DNA from: Eubacteriales bacterium
GTDB lineage: Bacteria; Bacillota; Clostridia; Oscillospirales; CAG-272
Length of the DNA: 64,000 nt
Reading direction: 5' to 3'
NCBI GenBank assembly: GCA_050309735.1
Contig: JBNRMS010000017.1
Span: 8,432 to 72,431, forward strand
Shown: positions 21,384-30,678 of the stretch, piece by piece
Layout: every line of letters starts with the position of its first letter
Position numbering within the stretch: the stretch's first letter is position 1
The notes under the pieces: model-generated
Database searches by the model: none
What the model was told of the DNA's origin: nothing
The model's input: the letters and a program-made list of their open reading frames with translations, nothing else
Program-made: the position numbers and the translations under genes

Positions 21384-21444
21384 ATATCACAAAAAGGCAT
21401 ATTAAACTAATTTAAAATACGGGATTTTAACATGTCGCACAATA

Positions 21445-21473
21445 TTGACAATTAATTAACAATAGGATATAAT
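21445..21473 (+). promoter_or_regulatory. adhE promoter (TTGACA-17-TATAAT) overlapped by candidate Rex operator 2
   Basis: TTGACA at 21445-21450 and TATAAT at 21468-21473. TTGACAATTAATTAACAA (21445-21462) matches the Rex consensus with 2 mismatches and a perfect second half-site. Confidence 0.55.
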
Positions 21474-21550
21474 GATGTCGGATAATAAATAATAATGTAT
21501 CCGCACACATTTAAACTAAAAATCAAAATCCATGAAAGGGTGTATTTAAT

Positions 21551-24169
21551 ATGGAAAAACTGAACAGCACGCCTGTCGACAACATCGAGGCGCTCGAATC
21601 CGAGATAGCGAAAGTGCGCGCCGCCCAGAAAATCTTTGCCGGATTTAATCAGGAGATGGTAGACAAAATTTTCTTTGCCGCCGCCGTCGCCGCCAATAAA
21701 GAGCGGGTCTCGCTTGCAAAGCTTGCAGTCGAGGAAACCGGTATGGGAGTGGTTGAAGATAAGGTTATCAAGAATCACTATGCCTCCGAGTACATCTACA
21801 ATGCATACCGCGATACCAAAACCTGCGGAATTATCGAGGAGGATAGTGCATATGGCATCAAGAAGATTGCCCAGCCTCTGGGCGTTATCGCCGCAGTTAT
21901 CCCAACGACAAACCCAACCTCAACCGCAATCTTCAAAATCCTGCTCGCGCTTAAAACGCGCAACGGTATTATAATCAGCCCCCATCCCCGCGCTAAAAAA
22001 TGCACTATTGCAGCGGCAAAGATTGTGCTCAGGGCGGCTCTTGAAGCCGGCGCGCCCGAGGGCATTGTTTCGTGGATAGACACCCCCACGCTTGAGCTGT
22101 CAAATCTTGTTATGAAAGAGTCGGATGTGATTCTTGCAACCGGTGGCCCCGGCATGGTGAAGGCCGCCTATTCGAGCGGCAAACCCGCCATCGGCGTCGG
22201 CGCCGGAAACACACCGGCCATTATAGACGACACAGCTGACATTAAGCTTGCGGTCAACTCGATAATTCACTCCAAAACCTTTGATAACGGCATGATTTGC
22301 GCGTCTGAGCAGTCGGTTATAGCGCTTGACGGGGTTTACGAGCAGGTAAAGAGCGAATTTGCCGCGCGCGGCTGCTATTTCCTCAATCCCGAGGAGATAG
22401 AGAAGGTCAGAAAAACCATCATAATCAATGGTGCGCTTAACGCTAAAATCGTCGGACAAGGGGCTCCTAAAATTGCCGCAATTGCGGGTGTTGAGGTTCC
22501 AGAGAATACAAAGATTCTCATCGGCGAGGTTGAGAGCGTTGAGCTTTCGGAAGAATTTGCGCATGAAAAGCTCTCGCCTGTTCTGGCGATGTACCGCGCA
22601 AAAGATATCGACGACGCCTTTACAAAGGCCGAGCGCCTGATTGCCGACGGCGGCATGGGTCACACTTCCTCAATATATATTAACGAGGCCACCGAGGGGG
22701 CAAAGCTCGACGAATTTGCCGCGCGCATGAAAACCTGCCGGATACTGGTAAACACCCCCTCCTCGCATGGCGGTATCGGCGACCTTTACAACTTCAAACT
22801 TACCCCGTCACTGACGCTTGGCTGCGGCTCATGGGGAGGCAACAGTGTTTCCGAAAATGTCGGCGTAAAGCAGCTGCTCAATATAAAAACGGTTGCCGAA
22901 AGGAGAGAAAATATGCTCTGGTTCCGCACACCCGAGAAGATTTATATCAAAAAAGGCTGTCTGCCGGTGGCTCTCTCGGAGCTTGGCGGCGTGCTCAACA
23001 AAAAGAAGGTCTTTGTTGTTACAGACAGTTTCCTTTATAAGAGCGGCATGATAAAGCCTGTCACCGACAAGCTTGACGAAATGTCGATAAGGCACACCGC
23101 TTTTTACAATGTCACCCCCGACCCGACACTTGCCTGTGCCATGGAGGGAGCGGCTATGATGAGCGATTTTGAGCCAGACTGCATAATCGCCGTCGGCGGC
23201 GGCTCGGCTATGGACGCGGCTAAGATTATGTGGGTTCTCTATGAGCATCCCGAAGTAAACTTTGATGACATGGCAATGCGCTTCTCAGACATCCGCAAGC
23301 GTATCTACACCTTCCCGAAGATGGGTGAGAAGGCCTACTTCATCGCCATCCCAACCTCGGCCGGAACGGGCTCGGAGGTAACCCCCTTCGCGGTTATAAC
23401 CGACGAAAAAACCGGAATCAAGTATCCGCTTGCCGACTATGAACTGCTTCCCAACATGGCAATAGTCGACGCCGACCTGCACATGACAGCGCCGCGCGGG
23501 CTTACCGCAGCCTCGGGCATCGATGCGGTGACCCATAACCTTGAGGCATATGCCTCGATGCTTGCCACCGACTATACAGACGGACTTGTCCTTCGCAGCC
23601 TTAAAATGATATTTGAATATCTGCCCCGCGCCTATGATAACGGCGCAAATGATAGCCTTGCCCGCGAGAAGATGGCAAACGCGGCGACAATGGCGGGAAT
23701 GGCCTTTGCAAACGCCTTCCTTGGCATCTGTCATTCGATGGCGCACAAACTAGGCGCCTTCCACAACCTGCCTCACGGTGTTGCAAACGCGCTGATGATA
23801 GGCGAGGTGATTCGCTTCAACGCGGCCGAGGTTCCGGTTAAGATGGGCACCTTCCCGCAGTACGATCATCCGCACACACTTGCTCGCTATGCTGAGGTTG
23901 CCGATTATCTCGGTCTTGGCGGCGAGAGTGACGAGGATAAGCTTGAGAGACTAATCGAGGCGATCGACGCGCTTAAAGAGAAGGTCGGAATCAAGAAGTC
24001 TATTGCCGAATATGGTGTTGATGAGGCGGATTTCCTTGAGCGGCTTGACCAGATGACCGAGCAGGCCTTCGACGACCAATGCACCGGAGCAAACCCGCGC
24101 TACCCGCTGATAAGCGAAATCAAGCAGATGTACCTCAACGCATACTACGGAACGCACAAAAAAGTTTGA
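21551..24169 (+). CDS. adhE: Bifunctional acetaldehyde-CoA/alcohol dehydrogenase
   Basis: 872 aa. N-terminal aldehyde dehydrogenase domain plus a C-terminal iron-containing alcohol dehydrogenase domain (GGGSAMDAAK, HSMAHKLG). Confidence 0.95.
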   Translation: MEKLNSTPVDNIEALESEIAKVRAAQKIFAGFNQEMVDKIFFAAAVAANKERVSLAKLAVEETGMGVVEDKVIKNHYASEYIYNAYRDTKTCGIIEEDSAYGIKKIAQPLGVIAAVIPTTNPTSTAIFKILLALKTRNGIIISPHPRAKKCTIAAAKIVLRAALEAGAPEGIVSWIDTPTLELSNLVMKESDVILATGGPGMVKAAYSSGKPAIGVGAGNTPAIIDDTADIKLAVNSIIHSKTFDNGMICASEQSVIALDGVYEQVKSEFAARGCYFLNPEEIEKVRKTIIINGALNAKIVGQGAPKIAAIAGVEVPENTKILIGEVESVELSEEFAHEKLSPVLAMYRAKDIDDAFTKAERLIADGGMGHTSSIYINEATEGAKLDEFAARMKTCRILVNTPSSHGGIGDLYNFKLTPSLTLGCGSWGGNSVSENVGVKQLLNIKTVAERRENMLWFRTPEKIYIKKGCLPVALSELGGVLNKKKVFVVTDSFLYKSGMIKPVTDKLDEMSIRHTAFYNVTPDPTLACAMEGAAMMSDFEPDCIIAVGGGSAMDAAKIMWVLYEHPEVNFDDMAMRFSDIRKRIYTFPKMGEKAYFIAIPTSAGTGSEVTPFAVITDEKTGIKYPLADYELLPNMAIVDADLHMTAPRGLTAASGIDAVTHNLEAYASMLATDYTDGLVLRSLKMIFEYLPRAYDNGANDSLAREKMANAATMAGMAFANAFLGICHSMAHKLGAFHNLPHGVANALMIGEVIRFNAAEVPVKMGTFPQYDHPHTLARYAEVADYLGLGGESDEDKLERLIEAIDALKEKVGIKKSIAEYGVDEADFLERLDQMTEQAFDDQCTGANPRYPLISEIKQMYLNAYYGTHKKV

Positions 24170-24188
24170 TGAATAAGGGGGAATCAGG

Positions 24189-24938
24189 ATGAAACTTGAT
24201 AATATTATTGCAGAGAGAACCAACAAAACCATATACCGTGACGGCGATGCGGTGATTAAGGTCTTTGGCGAGGGTTTCGCCAAGTCGGATATTCTAAACG
24301 AAGCGCTCAATCAGGCGCGTGTAGAGGAAACCGGACTCAATATCCCGCGAATCCGCCAGGTTTGTATGACAGACGGGAAATGGGCGATAGTTTCCGACTT
24401 TATCGAGGGAGAGACGCTTGACAGTCTTATGGCCAAGAATCCCGAAAAAACAAACGAATATCTGAATCTTTTTGTCGATATCCAGCTTCATGTACAGTCT
24501 AAAAAATCTCCCCTGCTTCCCCGCCTGCGCGACAAGATGTTCCGCAAAATTTCACAGACCTCGCTTGACGCCACAACGCGCTATGACCTGTCAATGCGGC
24601 TTGAGTCTATGCCTAAGCACGACAAGCTCTGTCACGGCGACTTCAATCCCTCAAACATTATTATAAAGAGCGACGGCACGCCCTATGTTATCGACTGGTC
24701 ACACGCCACTCAGGGCAATGCCTCGGCCGACGCCGCCCGAACCTACCTTCTCTTCTGGCTCGCGGGCGACTCTGAGAAGGCCGAAAAATATATGCGCCTC
24801 TTCTGCAAAAAGAGCGACACCGCCCGGCAGTATGTCGAGAAGTGGCTTCCTATAGTCGCCGCCTCACAATCGGTCAAGGGCAATCCCAACGAGAGAGGAC
24901 TTCTGCTCTCATGGGTGCATGTGGTTGATTATCAGTAA
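24189..24938 (+). CDS. Aminoglycoside/choline-kinase-like phosphotransferase family protein
   Basis: Brenner motif CHGDFNPSNIII and the downstream IDWSHA. 249 aa. Begins 19 nt after adhE. Confidence 0.7.
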   Translation: MKLDNIIAERTNKTIYRDGDAVIKVFGEGFAKSDILNEALNQARVEETGLNIPRIRQVCMTDGKWAIVSDFIEGETLDSLMAKNPEKTNEYLNLFVDIQLHVQSKKSPLLPRLRDKMFRKISQTSLDATTRYDLSMRLESMPKHDKLCHGDFNPSNIIIKSDGTPYVIDWSHATQGNASADAARTYLLFWLAGDSEKAEKYMRLFCKKSDTARQYVEKWLPIVAASQSVKGNPNERGLLLSWVHVVDYQ

Positions 24939-24955
24939 ATCTAATAAACAAACAA

Positions 24956-24985
24956 ACGCAGGGGCAGGATTGCCTCTGCGTTTTC
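24956..24985 (+). terminator. Terminator hairpin between convergent genes
   Basis: ACGCAGGGGCA-GGAT-TGCCTCTGCGT followed by TTTTC. Confidence 0.6.
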
Positions 24986-24990
24986 TCTGT

Positions 24991-27747
24991 TTAATATCCC
25001 TTCTTGCCTACGAAAAAGCGCCATAGCAGCTTGCGGATAAATTCGGCGGGGAAGACGAGAAGCGAGATAAGGGCGGTTGTGAGCAGTTCGCGCGGGGTGA
25101 GGGGGGCGGTTCGGAGAACGCTGCCGCCGAGATAGACAAATATAAGCTGCACCGCAAGCACCGAGAGCATAATCAGGATGAAGCCGCGGTTTCCGCCAAT
25201 CCCGGCAAAAAGGCGCAGGCGGTCGGTTCTGGCGTTGAAGCAATTGAAGACCGAGGAGAAGATAAAGAGCGCGAAAAAAGCGGTTAAAAAATAGATATTG
25301 CCGGGCGACGGCCTGAATTTTGACACAACTGCGGGCAGCTTTAGAAAAGCTATGCAGAGCGCAATCGTGAATCCGCCGAGAAATACAATTTCGTTGACCA
25401 TATATGCGTTTAGAATAGGTTCGTCGCGCCGCTTTGGCCTCTCCTTCATGCAGGAGGGAAGGGCGCGCTCGCCCGCAAAAGCAAGACCGCCGAGCGTGTC
25501 GATTATTATATTTATCCAGAGCATTTGAACGACAGTAACAGGTGTGTCGATCCCGATAAAGGGGCCGGCCATCGAAACACCGACGGCGCAAAAATTAATG
25601 GTGAGCTGAAGGGTAATAAATTTTCTGATGCTCTTGAAAATATTTCGCCCGTAGAGTACAGCTTTTGTGATTGTGGCAAGATTGTTGTTAAGGATTATAA
25701 TATCTCCGGCTTCTTTGGCAACCTGCGTTCCGCAGCCCATTGCAAATCCGATGTCGGCGCGGCGTAGAGCAGGGGCATCGTTTATACCGTCGCCTGTCAT
25801 CCCGACCACAAGCCCCAGCTCCTGCGCTACCCGAACAAGCCGGCTCTTATCGGACGGCAGCGCCCGCGCGAGAACACCGAGGCGGGGAAGTATTTCTTTG
25901 AGTTTCATGTCGGACATGGCCGAAAGCTCGGAGCCGACAAGTACAATATCAACCCCGCCGCCGAGAATTCCGGCCGAGCGCGCGACCGAGGCGGCGGTAT
26001 CCCGGCTGTCACCGGTAATCATTACAACCTGAATCCCCGCCCCCCGCAGCTCTGATACCGAGAGGGGCGCCTCTCGGCGCAGTCTGTCGTCAAGCACGAC
26101 AAGGCAGACAAAGACAAGAGGGCCGAGTGCCGACAATTCGAGCTTCCCGCCTGCTCCACCCGGGCTCTCGGCTATTAGTATTACCCGACAACCCGTTAAA
26201 TTCAGCTCGCGGACAAGGCGGGAGAGCTGCTCGGTGTCGGCAGCCGCCCTGCCTCCGCCGGGCAGGTATGACTGTCGGACATAGGGGAGCAGTAGCTCGG
26301 GCGCACCCTTTATCAGCGTCACCCTCTCCCGCCCGCCGACTGCGGCGGCTGAGTATTTGTGCGCGCTATCAAAGGGCAGGCGCGAGAGGGTGCGCCAACC
26401 GGTCGGCCTTTCCCTGCCGGCAGCGGCAAGCAGGGCGCGGTCGGTTGAGTTGCCCCCGCTTATTGTTCCGCCCTCGTATGTCGCAGAGCTGTTCAGAAAA
26501 GCCGAGAGGATAAAGCGCTCATGAATAAAGGAATTCTTTTTTTTCAATTCGCCGGCGCCGGTATATTTCTTGCCCTCGCCCGAATATATCTCGCCCACGG
26601 CAAGCCTGCCCTCGGTCAGCGTTCCGGTTTTGTCTGTGAAAAGTATGTTCATGCTTCCGGCCGCCTCAATTCCGGCCGGCTTGCGGACTAAAACATTATC
26701 ACGCACCATGCGCCGTATATTTGCCGAGAGAACTACGGCTATCATCATCGGCAGCCCCTCGGGAACCGCAACGACAATCACGGTCAAGCCAAGCGTGAGC
26801 GCGTGAATCAGCGTGCTCCACATAAAGCGCCAATCGGACAGCTTCATTATGATAATGTCGCTCCTAAAGCCGCTGTCGCGGGCGATAACATCGAAAAGAT
26901 AGGCCGCCGCCACAAGGGCGGCAAGGATATAGCCGAGTTTGCTTATCTGCCCTGCCAGTTTAGCAAGACGAAGTTTAAGAGGGCTGTCGCGCCGCTCCTC
27001 CTGAATCTCGCGCGAGATTTCGCCAAGCAAGGTGGCGTTGCCCACCGACGTTATCACCGCCTCTCCCTCGCCCGACATCACCGCGCACCCCCCAAGGAGC
27101 GCCGAGGGGGCGGAGGGGTCGACCCGCCTGTCGGCCGACGGGGATTTTTCAACCTCGCGGCTCTCTCCTGTCATAGCCGACTGGTCAACCATGAGCGAGC
27201 CCGAGATAATAAGTCCGTCGGCCGGAACTCTGTCGCCGGGCGAGAGCAGGACGCAGTCGCCTACCACCACCTCTGCCGATTTTATTCGGTGGATTCTACC
27301 CTCCCGCCGAACACGGCAGTATTCCTGACCCGCCTCGGCATTAAGCTTTTCAAAGGCGGCCTCGCCGCCGTACTCCGAGAGGGTTGAGATGAGGGTGGCG
27401 AGGAAAACCGACGCTGCGATTCCGGCGCATTCGACCCAGTCGCCCCCCCGGATTGTAAAGATTATATTAATCGCCAGCGCGGCGATAAGAATTCTTATAA
27501 CCGGATCCCACATATTGCGGAAAAAATATGCGGCAAAGCTCTTTTTTTTCTTTCGGCTCATGATATTCGCGCCGTATCTCTTGCGCGAGGCGACAACCTC
27601 GGCCTCACATAGACCGCCGCGCGGCGGCAAAAGTGGGGAGACTCCGCCCACTGTCCTTGTCCGCACGGCTCTGGCTTCGCCGCCCGATTGCTGTCGGCCT
27701 ACCCCTGCTTGAGAAATCACCCTTTCTTTAACCCCAACGCCGCCCAT
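24991..27747 (-). CDS. Cation-transporting P-type ATPase (Ca2+/PMCA-like, P2 type)
   Basis: 918 aa with DKTGTLT phosphorylation site, TGES actuator motif, MITGD, GDGINDAPAL hinge, and N-terminal GL.EAEV..R...YG.N. Confidence 0.85.
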   Translation of the reverse strand: MGGVGVKERVISQAGVGRQQSGGEARAVRTRTVGGVSPLLPPRGGLCEAEVVASRKRYGANIMSRKKKKSFAAYFFRNMWDPVIRILIAALAINIIFTIRGGDWVECAGIAASVFLATLISTLSEYGGEAAFEKLNAEAGQEYCRVRREGRIHRIKSAEVVVGDCVLLSPGDRVPADGLIISGSLMVDQSAMTGESREVEKSPSADRRVDPSAPSALLGGCAVMSGEGEAVITSVGNATLLGEISREIQEERRDSPLKLRLAKLAGQISKLGYILAALVAAAYLFDVIARDSGFRSDIIIMKLSDWRFMWSTLIHALTLGLTVIVVAVPEGLPMMIAVVLSANIRRMVRDNVLVRKPAGIEAAGSMNILFTDKTGTLTEGRLAVGEIYSGEGKKYTGAGELKKKNSFIHERFILSAFLNSSATYEGGTISGGNSTDRALLAAAGRERPTGWRTLSRLPFDSAHKYSAAAVGGRERVTLIKGAPELLLPYVRQSYLPGGGRAAADTEQLSRLVRELNLTGCRVILIAESPGGAGGKLELSALGPLVFVCLVVLDDRLRREAPLSVSELRGAGIQVVMITGDSRDTAASVARSAGILGGGVDIVLVGSELSAMSDMKLKEILPRLGVLARALPSDKSRLVRVAQELGLVVGMTGDGINDAPALRRADIGFAMGCGTQVAKEAGDIIILNNNLATITKAVLYGRNIFKSIRKFITLQLTINFCAVGVSMAGPFIGIDTPVTVVQMLWINIIIDTLGGLAFAGERALPSCMKERPKRRDEPILNAYMVNEIVFLGGFTIALCIAFLKLPAVVSKFRPSPGNIYFLTAFFALFIFSSVFNCFNARTDRLRLFAGIGGNRGFILIMLSVLAVQLIFVYLGGSVLRTAPLTPRELLTTALISLLVFPAEFIRKLLWRFFVGKKGY

Positions 27748-27898
27748 ATTCCCCGTCTCATCCTTTCCGCGGAACAGAAAACGCCCCGCATAACACCGTA
27801 TATCGCTACAGTATGTATATTCGGGACGTGCTTATTAAATGATATCGGGAGCAAGAAAAGGGGGGCGGCGAGCAGGCGTCGGAGCCGCACAAAACCAT

Positions 27899-27922
27899 CC
27901 CCGTGTTTCTAGAAACACGGGG
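27899..27922 (-). terminator. Perfect 24-bp palindrome hairpin
   Basis: CCCCGTGTTTCTAGAAACACGGGG lies downstream of the lipoprotein gene that ends at 28041. T-rich on both sides. Confidence 0.5.
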
Positions 27923-28040
27923 ATATAAGTTTTATGAAACGAACATATGCTCTACTACTCTTCTCACTTAGCTTCTTTTATTTTAGCGATCTGTTCGGCC
28001 GTCAGCGCCAACCTCGGCATTCCCGGAGGCACCGCTGTGT

Positions 28041-28616
28041 TTACCCTGTAACCTCGAAATAGGCGAAGAGCGGCGTGCAGGTTTTACCTACATAAACAAT
28101 TGCCCTGTATTCCCCGGCTGTTAGTTTTGGGAAAATTCTTTTTTTCTTTATTGTTACATGTGCTCTTTCGCTCCCTGAACCGAAGTAATGCCATTCATTA
28201 TCGGTGTAAAGATAGTGAATCCGCTCCCACACATTGCCGCTTAGCCGTTCTATTCTCGGGGTATTGCAATAATAAAATGTATCGAACCCTTGCCCCGCCC
28301 CCGTGTCAAAACGGGTCAATATTTCAGCATTAACGCATTCTACCTTTATAATAATTTTCTCAATATCTTTGCTATACTGCCCACATTCGGGATAACAAAT
28401 AAAATCGTCGCCGCTGTATATCACATCGGGAAAGCCTTCGGGGTATGTCGGATCGGGACTTCCGTCGGGATGGTCTTTCCAATTATCATAAAATTCAGGC
28501 GGGTAACCGAGTCTCATCCATTCGTCAAGATTATGCGGTGTATTATCATTTTTTTTACAAGAAGCGAAAGGCACACACATAGCGACTGCCATGCATAAAA
28601 GAACAAACTTTTTCAT
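28041..28616 (-). CDS. Hypothetical lipoprotein in an AT-rich islet
   Basis: MKKFVLLCMAVAMCVPFASC signal peptide and lipobox. The gene and its flanks are visibly AT-richer than the surrounding genes. Start moved to the M of MKKF. Confidence 0.6.
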   Translation of the reverse strand: MKKFVLLCMAVAMCVPFASCKKNDNTPHNLDEWMRLGYPPEFYDNWKDHPDGSPDPTYPEGFPDVIYSGDDFICYPECGQYSKDIEKIIIKVECVNAEILTRFDTGAGQGFDTFYYCNTPRIERLSGNVWERIHYLYTDNEWHYFGSGSERAHVTIKKKRIFPKLTAGEYRAIVYVGKTCTPLFAYFEVTG

Positions 28617-28944
28617 AAAATTATACATTGAAAGCCTAAACGTTACACGCAGGCAAGTTTTGCTGTTGTGCATGGTTCCTACCTCCGTCTTTCATATTAT
28701 TTTGTTGTCATTATGTATCTTTTCCATATTTTATCACTACGCCAAGGGTTTGTCAATGATTTTAATCAAAGCTTGTATGTTTTCACTATAATGTTTGTAC
28801 GTTTTCACTATAAAATTTGTGACATTAACATCATTTATAAGGTCGAGATTTGTCTTTCTCTCTTTTTTGCCGAACGCTTTTTCATTTTATTGCCGCTATA
28901 GCTTTCTCAAAGGTCGGCGGGAAAACTAAGTTTTTTACAAGTAA

Positions 28945-28981
28945 AATCCGGTTGAAAGCGTTTTTATCTTTCAACCGGATT
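28945..28981 (-). terminator. Terminator of the symporter-ligase operon
   Basis: 14-bp perfect stem AATCCGGTTGAAAG/CTTTCAACCGGATT about 25 nt after the ligase stop, followed by a T-run. Confidence 0.7.
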
Positions 28982-29006
28982 TTGTTTATCATGCAATAAA
29001 AGTCAG

Positions 29007-30650
29007 TTATTCCGCCTCAATCTCGTTCTGCGCCGCAACAAGGCTTGTTCCGCAATATTTTTCGCGGAGCTTGGGCTTTTCAATCTTGCCGGTGGGGTTG
29101 CGGGGTACAATATCGAAGATTATTTTCCTCGGCCGTTTATAGCGGGGCAGGGCAAGGCAGAATTCATCAAGCTCGGCCTCGGTGAGCAACTCGCCCGGCT
29201 TAACCTCGACTATCGCCGCGGCAATCTCGCCCAGACGGACGTCGGGCAGTCCTATCACCGCTGCGTCTTTGATCATATCGTGTTTTCTGATGAAGTTTTC
29301 GATTTCAACCGGATAGAGGTTTTCTCCGCCCGTGATAATAACGTCCTTCTTGCGGTCTACAAGGAAGATGAAGCCGTCTTCGTCCTCGCGCGCCATATCT
29401 CCTGTCAGAAGCCAGCCGTCTTTGAGAATTTCGGCGGTTGCAGTTTCGTTCTTATAATAGCAGCACATGACGCCGGGCCCCTTTACGCAGAGCTCGCCGA
29501 CCGAGCCACGCGGTGTGGGTTTGCCGGCTCGGTCGATAATTTTGGTTTCCCAACCAAACCCAGCCTTTCCTATCGCGCCGACCTTATGTATATTTTCGAC
29601 CCCGAGGTGTACGCAGCCGGGTCCTATAGATTCGGACAGGCCATAGTCGGTGTCGTATTCGTGGTGCGGGAAAACTGCCTTCCAGCGCTTGATCAGTGAG
29701 GGCGGAACCGGCTGGGCGCCGATGTGCATAAGACGCCACTGCGAGAGGTTGTAGTCATCAGGATTAATATCGCCCCGGTCTATCGCATCAAGTATGTCCT
29801 GAGCCCACGGCACAAGCAGCCAGACTATGCTGCACCTCTCCTCTGAGACTGTGCGAAGAATCCATTCAGGCTTTGCGCCCTTTAGCAGCACCGAGCGCCC
29901 CCCGACAAGCAAGCTGCCAAACCAGTGCATTTTTGCGCCGGTGTGATAAAGGGGCGGGATGCAGAGAAAAACGTCGTCATGGGTCTGGGAGTGGTGGGTT
30001 TGCTCGACTATGCAGGAGTGGACGAGCGCCGAGTGCTTATGCAGAATAGCCTTTGGGAAGCCGGTCGTGCCCGAGGAGAAATAGATAGCTGCGTAGTCGT
30101 CGTCGCAGATGTCTATGTCGGGTGCGCGCGAGGTGGCGTAGGTGACAAGCTTGTTGTAGCTCTCGGCAAAGGTAGGGCAGTCGTCTCCTACATAGAAGCG
30201 GTGTTTAACCTTTGGAATCCGGTCGCTTATCTCCTCGACCCGGCCGACAAACTCGGGGCCGAACACCAGAACATCGGCGTCGGACAGGTCGGCGCAATAT
30301 TTTATTTCGTCGGCGGTGTAGCGATAGTTCATCGGAACGGCAAGAGCGCCCGACTTGAGAATGCCGAAATAAATCGGTAGCCATTCAAGGCAGTTCATCA
30401 AAAGGATCGCAACTTTGTCGCCCTTCTTAATGCCGCGCGAGAGCAGCAGATTCGCGAAGCGGTTGGCTTTTTTATCGAAGTCGCCCCAGGTCATCTCTGT
30501 GCGAAAGGGGGCGTTTGCATTTGCCTCGATAAGGGCATATTCCTTCCAGGTAACCTGTTTTTCGTCGGGCAGGGAAGGGTTAATCTCGACAAGGGCAACC
30601 TCGTCGCGGTAAAGCAGGGCGTTCTTGGCGAGAGTTTGGGTAATCGGCAT
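29007..30650 (-). CDS. AMP-forming acyl-CoA synthetase/ligase
   Basis: AMP-binding motif YFSSGTTGFPKAI, TGD motif LLTGDMAREDEDGFIFLVDRKKD, and a C-terminal PRNPTGKI. Start set at MPITQ (AAAGGAA RBS), 28 nt after the symporter stop. Confidence 0.9.
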   Translation of the reverse strand: MPITQTLAKNALLYRDEVALVEINPSLPDEKQVTWKEYALIEANANAPFRTEMTWGDFDKKANRFANLLLSRGIKKGDKVAILLMNCLEWLPIYFGILKSGALAVPMNYRYTADEIKYCADLSDADVLVFGPEFVGRVEEISDRIPKVKHRFYVGDDCPTFAESYNKLVTYATSRAPDIDICDDDYAAIYFSSGTTGFPKAILHKHSALVHSCIVEQTHHSQTHDDVFLCIPPLYHTGAKMHWFGSLLVGGRSVLLKGAKPEWILRTVSEERCSIVWLLVPWAQDILDAIDRGDINPDDYNLSQWRLMHIGAQPVPPSLIKRWKAVFPHHEYDTDYGLSESIGPGCVHLGVENIHKVGAIGKAGFGWETKIIDRAGKPTPRGSVGELCVKGPGVMCCYYKNETATAEILKDGWLLTGDMAREDEDGFIFLVDRKKDVIITGGENLYPVEIENFIRKHDMIKDAAVIGLPDVRLGEIAAAIVEVKPGELLTEAELDEFCLALPRYKRPRKIIFDIVPRNPTGKIEKPKLREKYCGTSLVAAQNEIEAE

Positions 30651-30678
30651 TTGTGTGAGTGTTCCTTTCTGAGTTTTA

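Noticed and set aside
21377-21392. TTGTCAAATATCACAA palindrome as a Rex box
   Set aside because: The half-sites resemble TTGTGAA/TTCACAA, but the spacing gives a 16-mer rather than the 18-bp Rex operator geometry. The adjacent 18-mers fit better.
24941-25591. 216-aa ORF on the minus strand at the 3' end of the ATPase gene
   Set aside because: It is an alternative frame of the same strand as the P-type ATPase, and the ATPase frame carries the conserved TM and hinge motifs.
27944-28051. 35-codon ORF (MKRTYALLLFSLSFFYFSD..) with a signal-peptide-like start
   Set aside because: There is no convincing RBS, since the upstream G-run belongs to the palindrome hairpin. It overlaps the 3' end of the lipoprotein gene on the other strand, and its tail is Arg-rich nonsense.
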